DNA of 64,000 nt from NCBI RefSeq assembly GCF_009914755.1, contig NC_060925.1; one strand, written 5' to 3'. The DNA is from the human T2T-CHM13v2.0 reference genome, Homo sapiens. Position numbers and translations under genes: made by a program. The notes under the pieces were generated by a model. It was not told the DNA's origin. It saw only the letters and a list, made by a program, of their open reading frames with translations, and searched no databases. This document shows, piece by piece, positions 1-11,866 of the stretch. The first letter of the stretch is position 1, and every line of letters starts with the position of its first letter.

Positions 1-1449
1 CAGGAAAGACATGTAGCAGAAAGCTACAAAGAGTGTTCAAAGGAAATGCACCATTACTATATGTGTGTTCATATACACAGACGCACACACGATGCAAATA
101 GTTTTAAAGGACTATATACAGTATATGGGAGTTGATGAATAATAAAACACTCTTGACGCATAAAAATATTACTTTTATTACTTTTCAGAGTAACTGTTGC
201 TATATGTAACTACTAAGGTCCCAAAATGTTTGAAAATGAAAATATTAAAGCAATATATAATTTCCAAGTTGACAATTTTGCATCATAAAAGACTTCCAGA
301 TGTACTAACTTATAAAATAGAAGTTTAGAAGGGTATTTTTTAGGTACATTATTTTAAGCAGTTTAAAAATAATAATATATTTGGAGGGAAATTTCCCCCT
401 CATGTACACATGTGGTTATAGGAAAAAGAAAAATTAGGCTATTTAGTGAGAATAAAAGTGATTGCAGTAATGACAAGTCGATTAATTTCAGAAATCGACC
501 ATTAGTTGCCTACCTGTGTATTGCTCTTACAATATTGTCACTTTTTTACACTAATATAGATGAATATATTTATTACTACTTGCAATTTCAGATTGTAATC
601 TCATATGAGAAAGATGTTCTTCTATAACAGCTATTTTGTCCAGGAAGCATTTATAATGTATCTATGTCAATTGAGCACATTTAAAAATACCCTTATTTTT
701 AGTTGTAGAAATTAATTTTGAAGATCTTAATTTCAAGCAGTCGTATCAGCATTCCTATAAGCGTCTGTATACAGTTGTCCCTTAGGTTTAACGTTTTAGT
801 AGCACAGTCTCTCTGCAATTAGTTTTATGCTCCATAAATGTAAATCAGATGTAAGTCTCTAAAACACTCCCTCTCTATAGTGTTTTGCAGAGTGTTCCCA
901 TTGTATTAGGTTTCTCTAGGAGACAAATAACTGTAAATATGAAACAAAACCATGTGATGTGCCAAAACTATAATTTAGTTGTTTATGATTTATCCAACTC
1001 CATTTTTGCTTGGGAAAACGGATTCAACATGTCTATTTGAAATTAGTACATAAAAAAGAGCTTATTGTGAATGATTAATGAGTGCAGTCCTGCTTACATA
1101 AGATTAATTCCCCCCAAGGTCAATCTAGCCAACTGTGAATTTGGGCATTTGCCCAGGGACCCCTTGTGGGTGGTCTTCACTTTTCCAAGATGGGACACCC
1201 AATAGGAAAGCAGGGACATCCAGCTGCCAAATGTCACATTCAAGCTAGTTCTTCCACTTTATCTTTCCTAGAAACTTCCATAAGTTTCAACCCCAAAGGG
1301 TCTTCGTAGGATTTATTTGCTGCATACTCCTGCATATGTAATCACCAGCTCAAAAAGCTTTGATTGAGCATCTACTTTATATCCAGCACTCTGCTAAGCA
1401 TCACTGGGTGGCAGAAATTATAATAAAAATCACTGTTGCTGTTGTTTTA

Positions 1450-1520
1450 ATGAGTTAATAAATACAAAGCATTTAGAACACTGTCTGGCATACAGTAAGT
1501 ACTCATTAATATGTACTACT
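1450..1520 (+). mobile_element. MIR 3' fragment
   Basis: aaagcatttagaacactgtctggcatacagtaagtactcattaatatgt resembles the MIR/L2 3' tail. Confidence 0.6.
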
Positions 1521-1639
1521 TTCATCCAGAATGTATTTGCTTTATGGTAAGATCCTTTTAACCAAGAGGAATTCGAGAAACAATAACAGTTCTAAGTAAA
1601 GTATAAAATTATAGTGTATATTTGGATGTTTTTAACTCA

Positions 1640-1755
1640 ACTCTGAAGTCCCTGACACCAGGAATGATATATATTCTTCTCTATAGCCCCAGATACTAGC
1701 AAAGTGCTTGTACTTAGTAGGTACTCAATAATTATTTCTTGAACTAAACTGAATT
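1640..1755 (+). mobile_element. L2 3'-end fragment
   Basis: ctagcaaagtgcttgtacttagtaggtactcaataattatttcttgaactaaactgaat resembles the L2 terminus. Confidence 0.55.
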
Positions 1756-2125
1756 CATTAAACTTCTGAAAAACTTTTGAATTTGAGGGTTATTACTCAA
1801 ATGTCCTTCTAATTCCTGAACCAGAGTCTTCAATCCTGACCATTTAGGGTTGACTGAACAAACACATAATTCCCTGGAAAAGGAGCTTTTTTCCATCTAA
1901 AGATGGCTCCAGGAGCAAAAGCAAGAGTGGGGGAACTTACACGAGTTGGAGTTGGGGCAAGGACACAGGCATGGCTATGTGAGGAGTGATGTCAAGACAG
2001 AAAACAGCAACAGTAACTGAGGAATAGGAAATATCCACATCTGGGACTGTGAAAAGAAATTGACCTGCATATTCCAGTAACATGCAGTAACATGTTGGGA
2101 AGACCAGAAGTGGACATTTGTCAGT

Positions 2126-2572
2126 TGTGTGTTAGCCTACCCAGCATGCATACATCTTCACTGTTCAAGAGTAATTTCAAAAGAGGTGGGAATCAGGGGC
2201 AAAGAGAGAAACAACATTCCTTTCCTACCCTCCCAGACACTGGGTTGTAGGCATAATATTGGGGTTTGCTATGGAGATGAAAGGGCCAACAGCTGCTATG
2301 GGCAGTGGTGGTGGGTGAAAAGCCCAGAGACCAGAGGCAAGTGGCCACTGGCAGCAGCTTCAATAGTAGCTTCCCAAGTTGACTATTCCTGTGGCATTTT
2401 TCTGTAGAATTTGCTGCCAAATATGCTTTGGCTTCTGCCTATTTTGTGAGCCCAGTTCTCAAGACTTCCTGGCTAGTCTAAGAAATCCCTGACATTTCCC
2501 CCATACATTGCTTTTTTGCTTCAGTTAAAAAGTCAATTTCCACTGTTTACAACCAAGAACCCTGATTTGTAC
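2126..2572 (+). mobile_element. LTR33-like ERVL solo LTR
   Basis: 3' end ttttgcttcagtt...tgtttacaaccaagaaccctgatttgtac resembles the LTR33 terminus; 5' boundary uncertain. Confidence 0.5.
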
Positions 2573-2686
2573 GAGAACAGGGCCAAATGAAATATGTAGT
2601 TGTCACTCAAACTCTTGACTGCCCATGTCTGGGATCCTGTGATACTTCCTGACTATGTGACCTTGAGCATGCTACATGTTCCCAGG

Positions 2687-3394
2687 TGTATCAATTCATT
2701 CTCATACTGCTATAAAGAAATGCCCAAAAACTGGGCAATTTATAAAGAAAAGAGGTTTAATTGGCTCATGGTTCCTTGGGCTATACAGAAAGCATGGCTG
2801 GGGATGCCTCAGAAAACTTGCAGTCACGGCCGAAGGGGAAGGAGACAGGACTTATATAGCTAAAGCAGGAGGAAGAGAGTGAAGAGGGAGATGCTACACA
2901 CTTTTAAACAACCAGTTCTCATGAGAACTCACTCATAATCACAAGAACAGCCAATTGCCTCACACCATGCCCCTTCTCCAGCATTGGAGATTACAATTTG
3001 ACATGACATTTGGGTGGTGTATTAGTCTGTTCTCATGCTGCTATGAAAAAATACCTGAGACTGGTTAATTTGTAAAGGAAAGAGGTTTAATTGACTCAGG
3101 TCTGCAATGCTGAGAAGGCCTCAGGAAACTTAACAATCGTAGGGGAAGGTACCTCTTCACAGGGCAGCAGGAGAGAGAGTGGGAGCAAGCAGGGAAAATA
3201 CCAGATGCTTATAAAACCATCAGATCTTGTGAGAACTCACTCACTATCACAAGAACAGCATGGGGAAAGCAGCCCCCATGACCCAATCATTTCCTACCAG
3301 GTCCCTCCCATGATGGTGGGCATTATGGGAACTACAATTCAAGATAAGATTTAGGTGGGGACACAGCCAAACCATGTCAGGTGAGGACACAAAT
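2687..3394 (-). mobile_element. MSTA-type MaLR LTR, interrupted by THE1 at 3018-3379 and sitting inside a MIR
   Basis: tgtatc...tgctataaagaaatgccc...aagaggtttaattggctc...cacacttttaaacaaccag...ttacaatttgacatgacatttgggtgg; resumes as ggacacaaat after the THE1. Confidence 0.85.
3018..3379 (-). mobile_element. THE1 (THE1D-like) solo LTR
   Basis: tgtattagtctgttctcatgctgct ... ggggacacagccaaaccatgtca; 5-bp TSD ggtgg (3013-3017) / ggtga (3380-3384). Confidence 0.9.
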
Positions 3395-4629
3395 GAATAG
3401 TGATGGCAACTATCTCAGAGCTTTGAAACAAGATTAAATTAGATAATAAACATGAAGTACTTGAAAGAGTTCACAGTGCATAGTCCTCAACATAGTTTGC
3501 CTATTATCATTGGCTATAAGTGAAGCAAAGCTAACAAATGAGACTGAGCCCTCGTGGCAATAATGTTATCCTGCTTATGTTGCACATCTCACTACTGCAT
3601 CTCCACACCAATGGAAATCATTTGATCATATTTCAGCAGTTTCTCTGATGCATCACACATAAAGAATAGAATTTTAAGAAATGTTTTTATAAACACATGC
3701 ATCATTTTCTCCATGTGTTTGATTTTACACATCTTCAAAGAAATGGAAATAAAAGTTGACTTTTGTTTTTGTCCTTTCATGCTCTTACATCCTATAATTA
3801 GACTGCAGATTCAGATGAGATAAAAAAAACTAGTATTATATTTCTATGTCACCTCACAAAGTCCAGCACATAATGGGTGCTAAGTATATGCACACTGATT
3901 GATAGCCAGCATTTAATTTGATTACTAGAGCCATCTGGGCCACTACATGGTATAGTTTGCACCCAACCATCTGGAGCCTAGTCCCCATTAGCTAGGACCA
4001 GTGACACAAACCACAAAGCCACCTAGAGATATGAAGGTATGGCTTGTAATGCCTGCCTAACTAAAGAGAAAAGATCCAATTCAGCCTTCTTCTCTAAGTC
4101 CCTTGCACTACCTTACACAGTTAAATAAACTGGCTTTCCAGAACAGTGCTGGCTATGTATCCTAATAGTTTTCCTAAGGAGTTTCCAGTCCAGCACTCCA
4201 CGTATCCAGGTTGCGGGCAGCTGTAAGATTTGCTCTTCTGAGCTCCTCAAGAAACATTGAAATGATGAGCTTCAGTAACATTTTTTCTCCTTGGGGAGAA
4301 TACTGTCACTGATTCCTCTCAGCATACACTTTATTATCGTCCATGTTCCCAAAGGCACTTGAGAATATGTGATTAAAGGAATTCCCTACTGTCATAAATA
4401 CAATAAATCTAACTGGCTTTATTATCTGGCAAGGTTTTTTTTTCTCTTTCAATCTAATGCTTCCTGGCTAGAGCTGAAGCCACTTAACCAAATCAAATAT
4501 CTCTAACTCAACCTCTCTTTTTCTATGCTGAATTGAAGGTGTGTAGGTCAAGTGCCAAATTGCCAGTATACTGGCTGTCTCCAGATCTGGTTTTTATAAA
4601 AAAAGACTTGTAATGTTTTGGATATTCTA

Positions 4630-5232
4630 GGATAGATGATAGATAATAAAAAACTATAAATTTCTCCCATACTGTGTGCACCACCCTTTTCTTCGCAGCA
4701 CACTTTGCTTGCAGGGTTCTCTGCTGCTCCTACCATTAAGAGGTCAAGTTCCTTTCCCTAACCTTTGAATCAAGATTGAGCTTATAACTTATCCTGACCA
4801 ATAGACTGAGGCAAGAAAATAGTGTGCCAGTTCTAAACCAAGGCCTCCAGAGGCCATGAAGCTTCTGTTTTCACTCTCTTGAGGTGATGCTATCACCTTG
4901 TAAAGAGCCTAGGCTAATGTTTTTAAGGATAAGAGGCCACGTGGAGTGAAAATGAGCTATTTCAGCTGAGAATTATTTCACCAACCACTTGACAATGAGA
5001 ACCAATTGCTAGACATGTGAGTGAGGCCATCAGAAGCCATCCAGCCCCAAATGAGTTGCTATGTCTGACTGCAGCCTCATGAATGACTCCACATGAGACC
5101 TGCAGACGAACCACAGAGCTGAGCCTAATCAAAACTACATACCCATAGAATCATGAATAAATAAAATTATTGTTGTTTTAAGCCACTAATTTTGGGGGTG
5201 GTTTGTTATGTAGCAATAGATAAATGAGTCTG
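4630..5232 (+). mobile_element. MLT1 (MLT1H/G-like) MaLR LTR
   Basis: ends aataaa...ttgttgttttaagccactaattttgggggtggtttgttatgtagcaatagataa; internal ccagttctaaaccaaggcctccagaggcc. Confidence 0.75.
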
Positions 5233-5566
5233 TGAGTGTTCAATACAGGTTTGTTCAATGAATAAATAAGTGACTTCATTAGGTAAGAAAAGAATGGGGA
5301 ATCTCATCATATGATTGCAATCCCTTATCATTGTGGCTAGTCCAGCACATTAGCAGAACAGGTCAGCACCTATTTGGTGTGGCAACTTTGTCTGTACTTC
5401 TTTATGGTAATGATCACACAGACCTCAAGAAACTAATTTCCTACATCCTACCATCGCCTAGAAATTCTAGCAGAGTCTTAAATATAGTCATTAGACTTGC
5501 CTTCTAGTCCAAAATCTGTCACTTTTCAAGATAGATGGCTTTTGGAACATTCATGACCTCTCTGAA

Positions 5567-5668
5567 TAAAGTAAACAAACCTCCCAGTTTGCCTAGGACA
5601 ATTCCAGTTTAATGCCCCTTTCACTCTCAAAATATCTGGTTCAGACAAGAAATTATATGGTCACTTTA
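5567..5668 (+). mobile_element. MER94 (hAT-Blackjack) inserted in a MIR
   Basis: cccagtttgcctaggacaattccagttt...cccctttcactctcaaaa...aattatatggtcacttta; 8-bp TSD tctctgaa (5559-5566) / tctctgag (5669-5676). Confidence 0.75.
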
Positions 5669-6239
5669 TCTCTGAGTCTCAGCTTCTTATAAATCAGAAA
5701 TAATGTTAAGCAGAAATATAGCAGGATTGTTTTCAGAAGTAAACAGAATAACACCTGTGTAGGTAATGAAGCACTATACAAAAATAGAAAGGAACTACCT
5801 ATTAATAGTACGGATAAATATCTTTGAAACAATGATGGCTTAGAAGAGAAATTAAAATGAATTACTTCCCAAATGGTTTCTTCCGACCTGCTATGATTAT
5901 AACAGTAACTATAACCATACATTGAATGCCTACTAGGTTCTAGACATTGAAGGAAGCAGGTTATATGTTACATAAGTGCCCCATCACTTGACCCACTAGT
6001 GAATATAAACCAATCATATTCCTAGCAACCAGTTCAATTTCTCTCCCAACTTGTTTCTGGCTTCTGTGCAAAAAGAAAAAAATGTCACAGCATTTGCCTA
6101 GACATTTATTTCAAAATCACCAAAAATTATGTAGTGGTTAAGAAATTTCCCAAATACATTTTGACAGAAAACAAATATACCTAGACTTCACATAATCATG
6201 GGAGAACATTTTTATTACTCATCTTGATAAATACTTGTA

Positions 6240-6410
6240 TATGTATATCACCTCATTCATCTACAAATCCTTATTATTATCCCTGTTTTGCAAATAAGGA
6301 CTCTTGTGGCCGACAAAAGTTAGATAACGTGCTCAAAGTCACTCATCTAGCAAGCAATGAATTCGAACCAAGATCTATCTAATTCCAGAGTTCTGCTCTT
6401 AAATTCTCTT
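6240..6410 (-). mobile_element. MIR
   Basis: tattattatccctgttttgcaaataagg...ataacgtgctcaaagtcac...attcgaaccaagatct MIR core. Confidence 0.65.
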
Positions 6411-8303
6411 CTCAAATCCAACATTAGATTACCTTTTGTGGTAGATGACAAATGTAGGGCCACTGCAAAAAAAAAAAAAAATTTAAACTTATTTTAATCC
6501 TATTAGGGATAAGCAGATTGAGTTAAATGCTAGCACATTAGAGCCCTGAAGTTTTCAGATGTATATCAGTAAGTTTGATTGGAATGTTGGATGAAGAGTA
6601 AGGAAATGAATAGGCAAAGTATTCAGATGGAGAGAAAGAAGTGGGACAAAAGAAAGGGGGTACGCAAAGGGGAAACCAAGGCAGGAAACAGTGGGGTAGG
6701 AAATCCTATGGACGTTGGGTCAAAGAAAGTCAGCCCTGAGCAATGGGACTTCTCAGCTACCAGTTTGGAACAAGGTCTAAAAATGGGAGGAATGAGATCC
6801 TCAAAAATTAATTTTTTTGCTATGTTGACAGGGACTAGCACAGCCTTCTTCATTTTTTATAAAAAGAAGCTCTGTTTTAGGTCTAATTCATAGGCAGAAA
6901 CACTAATGTCCTCCCATTATTCATTGATGGGTACTTTATACTTGTTTTACTGTTGCTTAATAAATAAATTAGAACATAAACTTGTTCAACTGCCAGTCAT
7001 TAGTGCAGTTATATCTACTGTTCAGAAAACTGAAGGGCTATTGACTCTGCTCAGTTTAATGAAGGAAAATGAGTCACAGGAGATCTGGGCAGGAATGACT
7101 CATAGCTACACCAGCCGCCTTCTCTCCATTGTAAACTACTTTACATCATTTGTAGTCAGCAAGAAGCTAAAAGAATGTTGATGTTTCTTTCCTGAATGGT
7201 TAACTTCCTAAGTTCAGACAGACCGAAATTGTGGATAACAGGAAGTCAACATTTCTATGGCAAAGGAACAATTACATAAAAAGCTAGCAGGCAGTCAGAT
7301 ATCTCATCAGCCTTTTAGAAACTGAGTGTAGTGCTGTCCTGAGGAGGCAGGAGAAGATCTTACAGGATGAATCTCCTAATTACAAAGTCCTTCTGATATG
7401 GTAATTATCAGAAGGGAGAATTCCGCAAAATCAACAAAATGCATAACTGAATTCTACTTTAGAATAATGTTACCACAAAACTCACAAGTAGTTTTCTGGC
7501 TTGTCATGAGAACAGTCTCTTTCTCTTTTCTATGCCTCAGCCTTGACATAGACATGCCAGTGATACAGTTATAGATGTAATTAATAGGGAAAATAAGAAA
7601 ATCTGCCATTTTTCAAAAGAAAATTTTCTCAAACATAGAAGCAATGATCTGAGTAGACACTGATGGGATGGCCTAGCAATAGGATTCTGCAAGCCAAGAC
7701 TATGGAAGGAGGCAGATTCTTATGAAAAAGCATTGTGGCCATCAAGGGACAGAATGATCCAGAAATTATATACAATTCTTGAATTTAATAAACAAAAGAA
7801 GTATGCATGGAAATAGTCAAAGTCCACATGGTTCTGAGTGTGGATATTTATAGACTCAGAAATAGAATTAAGGTAAATTACCTTGGGCAATACCACATCT
7901 CTATTACTCTTGGCTTCCCCTTGATCTCAGCTTTACCAAGGCCAGCTTGGGGAATGTCTGGAACTCAGATTAGAATTTAATGTTCAAAGAATGATACACA
8001 ACCAAATTGTAGATAAATGCAATAAAACTTCCTCAAAATTTTCCTGAAGACAGAAGCTTCTATTTAAGGTAAATAACATACATTTTAAAATTATGGAGCT
8101 GGTATAATGGTGAGAAAAATAGAGATGGCCCTTATACTAAAGATACTTAAAGTTTAGTAGGGGATACCAACAAGCAAACAGGTACTTACTATACATTTAC
8201 GTAGATCACTACGATGATCTCTATGCTAGGAACTGCACACAATGCTACGAGAAAGTGTAGGAAGAGCTCCTAACACAGACTTGAAGAGTCAAGAGGGCCT
8301 TGT

Positions 8304-8695
8304 TGTATTAGAGTTCTCCAGACGAATAAAACCAATAGGATGTGTACATAAAGATTTATTTTAGGAAACTGGCTCACATGATTGTAGAGGCTTGGCAAGT
8401 CCAAAATCTGATGGGATGGGTAAGCAGGCTAGAGACTAAAGAAAGATTTGTATTTTGAGTCCAAGGACAGCAGAACCACTTGATAAGGAGAGGTCATTGC
8501 TCTATTCAGGCCTTCAACCGACTGGATGAGGGCTACACACATCATGGAAGGCAATCTGCTTTACTCAAAGTCCGCCAATTTAAATGTCAATTTCATCCAA
8601 AAAAAACACCTCCATAGAAACATCCAGAATCAGGTTTGACCAAATATGTGGACATTGTGGCCCAGCTAAATTGACACATTAAATTAATCATTATA
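8304..8695 (-). mobile_element. MLT2 (MLT2C/D-like) ERVL solo LTR within L2 sequence
   Basis: tgtattagagttctccaga...ggaaactggctcacatgattg...ttgacacattaaattaatcattata. Confidence 0.8.
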
Positions 8696-9190
8696 CTTCC
8701 TAAATATACGGTCTCTACAGTGAGACTGGAAGGATGAGTAAGAGTTGATCAGGCAAAGGCAGAATAATGGGGAGATGGAGAGAAAGCCTCAGGCAGAGCA
8801 AAGGGTGTGGGCAAAGGCGCACAATCTGGTATTACCAAGTTCAAGCAGGGCAAGGGTTTTTGTCTGTTTTGATCACTACTGTATCTTTAGCAGGATCAAC
8901 CATGCCTGGCCCATGATAGACGCTTAATGAGTATTTGTGGAATGATTCAGAGTTACAGGGTGAAAACAAGCCATGTTAGACAGTATAGATTCATCTTACA
9001 GGCAATGGGAAGTCATTGGTGTTTTTTAAGCAAAAAGTTTGCATTTTTAAAAACTCAAAATTATTATCAAATGCTAATCATAGCATGATATTGTATTTAT
9101 CTGAGTCACAATATAGGAACTAGATTTAATAGGCCACACAGTCTATTTTTTCTAGAGTGCTTTGGCTTTTCAATGTTTTTATCGATAACC

Positions 9191-9367
9191 TGTTGTTGTT
9201 GTTGTTGTTGTTGTTAGAGACAGGTTCTCTCTCCATCACCCAGGCTGAAGTGCAATGGTACATTTACAGCTCACTCACTGCAGCCTCAAACTCCTAGTCT
9301 TAGGCGATCCTTCCACCCAGCCTCTTGAGTAGCTGTGACTACAGGTGTGCACCACCCTGCCTAGCTA
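9191..9367 (-). mobile_element. 5'-truncated AluJ/FRAM right monomer with (GTT)n tail
   Basis: (gtt)n then gagacagg...caggctgaagtgcaatgg...gagtagctgtgactacaggtgtgcaccacc. Confidence 0.85.
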
Positions 9368-10063
9368 ATAACTTTTTGATAATATAGAATTTTGAACAGT
9401 AAAGTCCAAGCATTATAATACATTGAGAATGGAGCTTCAAGCAGATTTCATAAGGATCAGCATGACATAATGGTAATTTTTTTGCTGGTATGACAATAGT
9501 AATATGGCCTTGCAATTGCTCATAGAAATGCTTTTTCATCTTCAAAGTGCTTTTCAATCATTAATTAATACTTACAATGCTGCTTTTAGAACTTTCATCA
9601 CATCACTCATCATACTGGTATAAAACGGTTAAGGCAGGAAACACACACACACGGACGGACGGAACAGCTTCTTTATAATAGTAGTGAGATACAAATATGT
9701 TTTATTTTGTCACCAATTAATATCTATTTTTGTCTTTCCTTTTCCTGAAAGCTGTTCCCTCTAGACTCAAACTACTAAGGTCAACAAGTAAAACTGTAGA
9801 GAAAAGTGAAAATGGGACAGAGAACCAAATGTTCTTCTCTTTCTTCCCTCTTTATCCAAACTCCATTTTTCTATGTCAAAATGATTTAGGAAAGATTTTT
9901 TAATAACATGAAGGGGAGAAAAGATAAAAAGGCAATAAAGGACAGTAGTAGCAAGGGAGAAAGGAGCCACTTAAAAGACAGATCTATAAGGGCAAAAACA
10001 ATTAAACTGGTTCAGAGTCCTAAGAGGTATCTTTGTCTCTTTAGAGTGAAAGCAGAAATTTTG

Positions 10064-10439
10064 TGTTATGGAATGAATTGTGCCTGACCCCACCCCATCC
10101 ATTCATATGTTGAAGCCCTAACCCCAGTAATCCCAAAATGTGATTATATTTGGAGATAGGGCCTTTAGAGAGAAGTAATTAGGTAGAATGAGAGCATATA
10201 GGTGGGCCTTCATTCAATAGGACCGTTGTCTGTATAAGAAGAGGAGATTAGGACTCAGGCACAAAGGGAAGACAACGTGAAAACAATTGAAGATGCCCTC
10301 TGTAAGCCAGGGAGAGAGGCCCTTAGAGGAAACCAACTATGCCAACACCTTCATCTTGGACTTCTAGCCCCCAGAACTATAAGGAAATAAATTTCTGTTG
10401 TTTAAATCTTTGCTGTGGCAGCCCTGGCAAACTAATACA
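10064..10439 (+). mobile_element. MLT1B-like MaLR solo LTR
   Basis: tgttatggaatgaattgtg ... aataaatttctgttgttt ... gcaaactaataca; TSD ttttg/ctttg. Confidence 0.85.
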
Positions 10440-10819
10440 CTTTGCATATACTGATAACCTTGTTTCATTATTAGAACAAAGATCCTTTCCAAAGAAGTTC
10501 CAGTTGTATCTGTAACAAGTCCTCTAGTAAAGTTTTTGTGTTGACCGCTATAATCAAACATCAATTTATTTTTCTAACTACCCAGAATCCTCCAGTTAAA
10601 TCCAAGCTGGCATTTTCATGGAAAGAATAAACCAAGAATTGGATTAGTTTAAGTCCATTGGATTTTCAGAAATAATTTCAATATTACTCAAGCGTGTTAA
10701 TAATGGTGTTTTTCCCATTGTTTTGCTCCAATCTATGGAGTCCCTGTATCTATGTGAAGAAAAGGGGTACAACTGTCTTTGGTGGGTATTTCTGTACATT
10801 TATGAATACATCCATATAT

Positions 10820-11030
10820 AATTTTGTAGTTTACAAAGTTCTAATGATTCATTATCTCACTTGATCTTCACAACAACACTGAGATAAATCAAGGAAGACG
10901 TTATATAGCCTTTTTGTTTAACTGATGAGAAAAAAGCTCAGAGAGGATAAGTCACTTGCCCAATATCACACAGCTTGTAGAATCACTGTGCAAGAACTCT
11001 GCTATGTGCTGACCAAATCGATTTACTTTT
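10820..11030 (-). mobile_element. MIR
   Basis: tcacttgatcttcacaacaacact...gatgagaaaaaagctcagagaggataagtcacttgcccaatatcacacagc. Confidence 0.75.
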
Positions 11031-11040
11031 CCTCCTGGAC

Positions 11041-11264
11041 CAGATGTTCACAAGTCATGGCTCACTGGCCAAATCCAGCCTGCCACTTCTTGTTGGGAAT
11101 GAAGTTTTGTTAGAACCCAGCCACACTCATTTATTTACATATTGTCAGGGACTGCTTTCATGCTACAACAGCAGAGCTGAGGAGTTGAAACAGGGGCTGT
11201 ATAGTCCGAAAAGCCTAAAATATTTCCCATCTGGCCCTTTACAGAAAAGGTTTGCCAATCCCTG
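11041..11264. mobile_element. MER58A (hAT-Charlie)
   Basis: cag...aaatatttcccatctggccctttacagaaaaggtttgccaatccctg; degenerate 8-bp TSD tcctggac/ttttagac. Confidence 0.85.
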
Positions 11265-11691
11265 TTTTAGACACACAACCAAGCTACATTTCCCTGAAAT
11301 CTCTTTTGCAATCCAGGAGCTCTTTTTCCTCTGGGGCATAGGCAGAGGACCCAGTGGAAGATTCTAAAGCCTTAGAGAAAACTCAGAGCCTCTAGATGGA
11401 AGACAGTGTAGAGTGGCATAGAACAGAGCCCCATAGCAATACAGGATTGGTCTAGGACTGGCATGATAATAAATCTTAATTGTATTAAGCCACTGAGGTT
11501 TGGAGGTTTTAACAGCAATTAATTTATCTTAAGACAAAAGCAGAACTTGTATCTTTTTATTCAAAATCTGGAACTGTTCTCCTTCTTGAACTAAAGGAAA
11601 TAGCCAGAAATGAAAAGGAATAAGGAACCAAGAACAGAGTCCAGAGCTCAGGACATCATCACACCGATCCCTCTTAGAGTAACCTTACAGC

Positions 11692-11866
11692 AGGAAGAGG
11701 CAAATGGGTTTCATCTCACCTGCCTATTCTGACAGTAGCTGACTCAGGTGCTTCTTCTGAAAGCAAAGCTTCAGAGGCCACCTCCAGGCTCCAAAGAAAG
11801 TGGTGGCAATGCCAATTAACAACACCTACCATGGGCTTGGAATTTTGGAATGGATGTTGCCATCCA
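11692..11866 (+). mobile_element. small hAT-Charlie element (MER117-like)
   Basis: caggaagaggcaaatgggtttcatctcacctgcc...ttgccatcc; a related copy lies in the opposite orientation at ~16993-17140. Confidence 0.5.
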
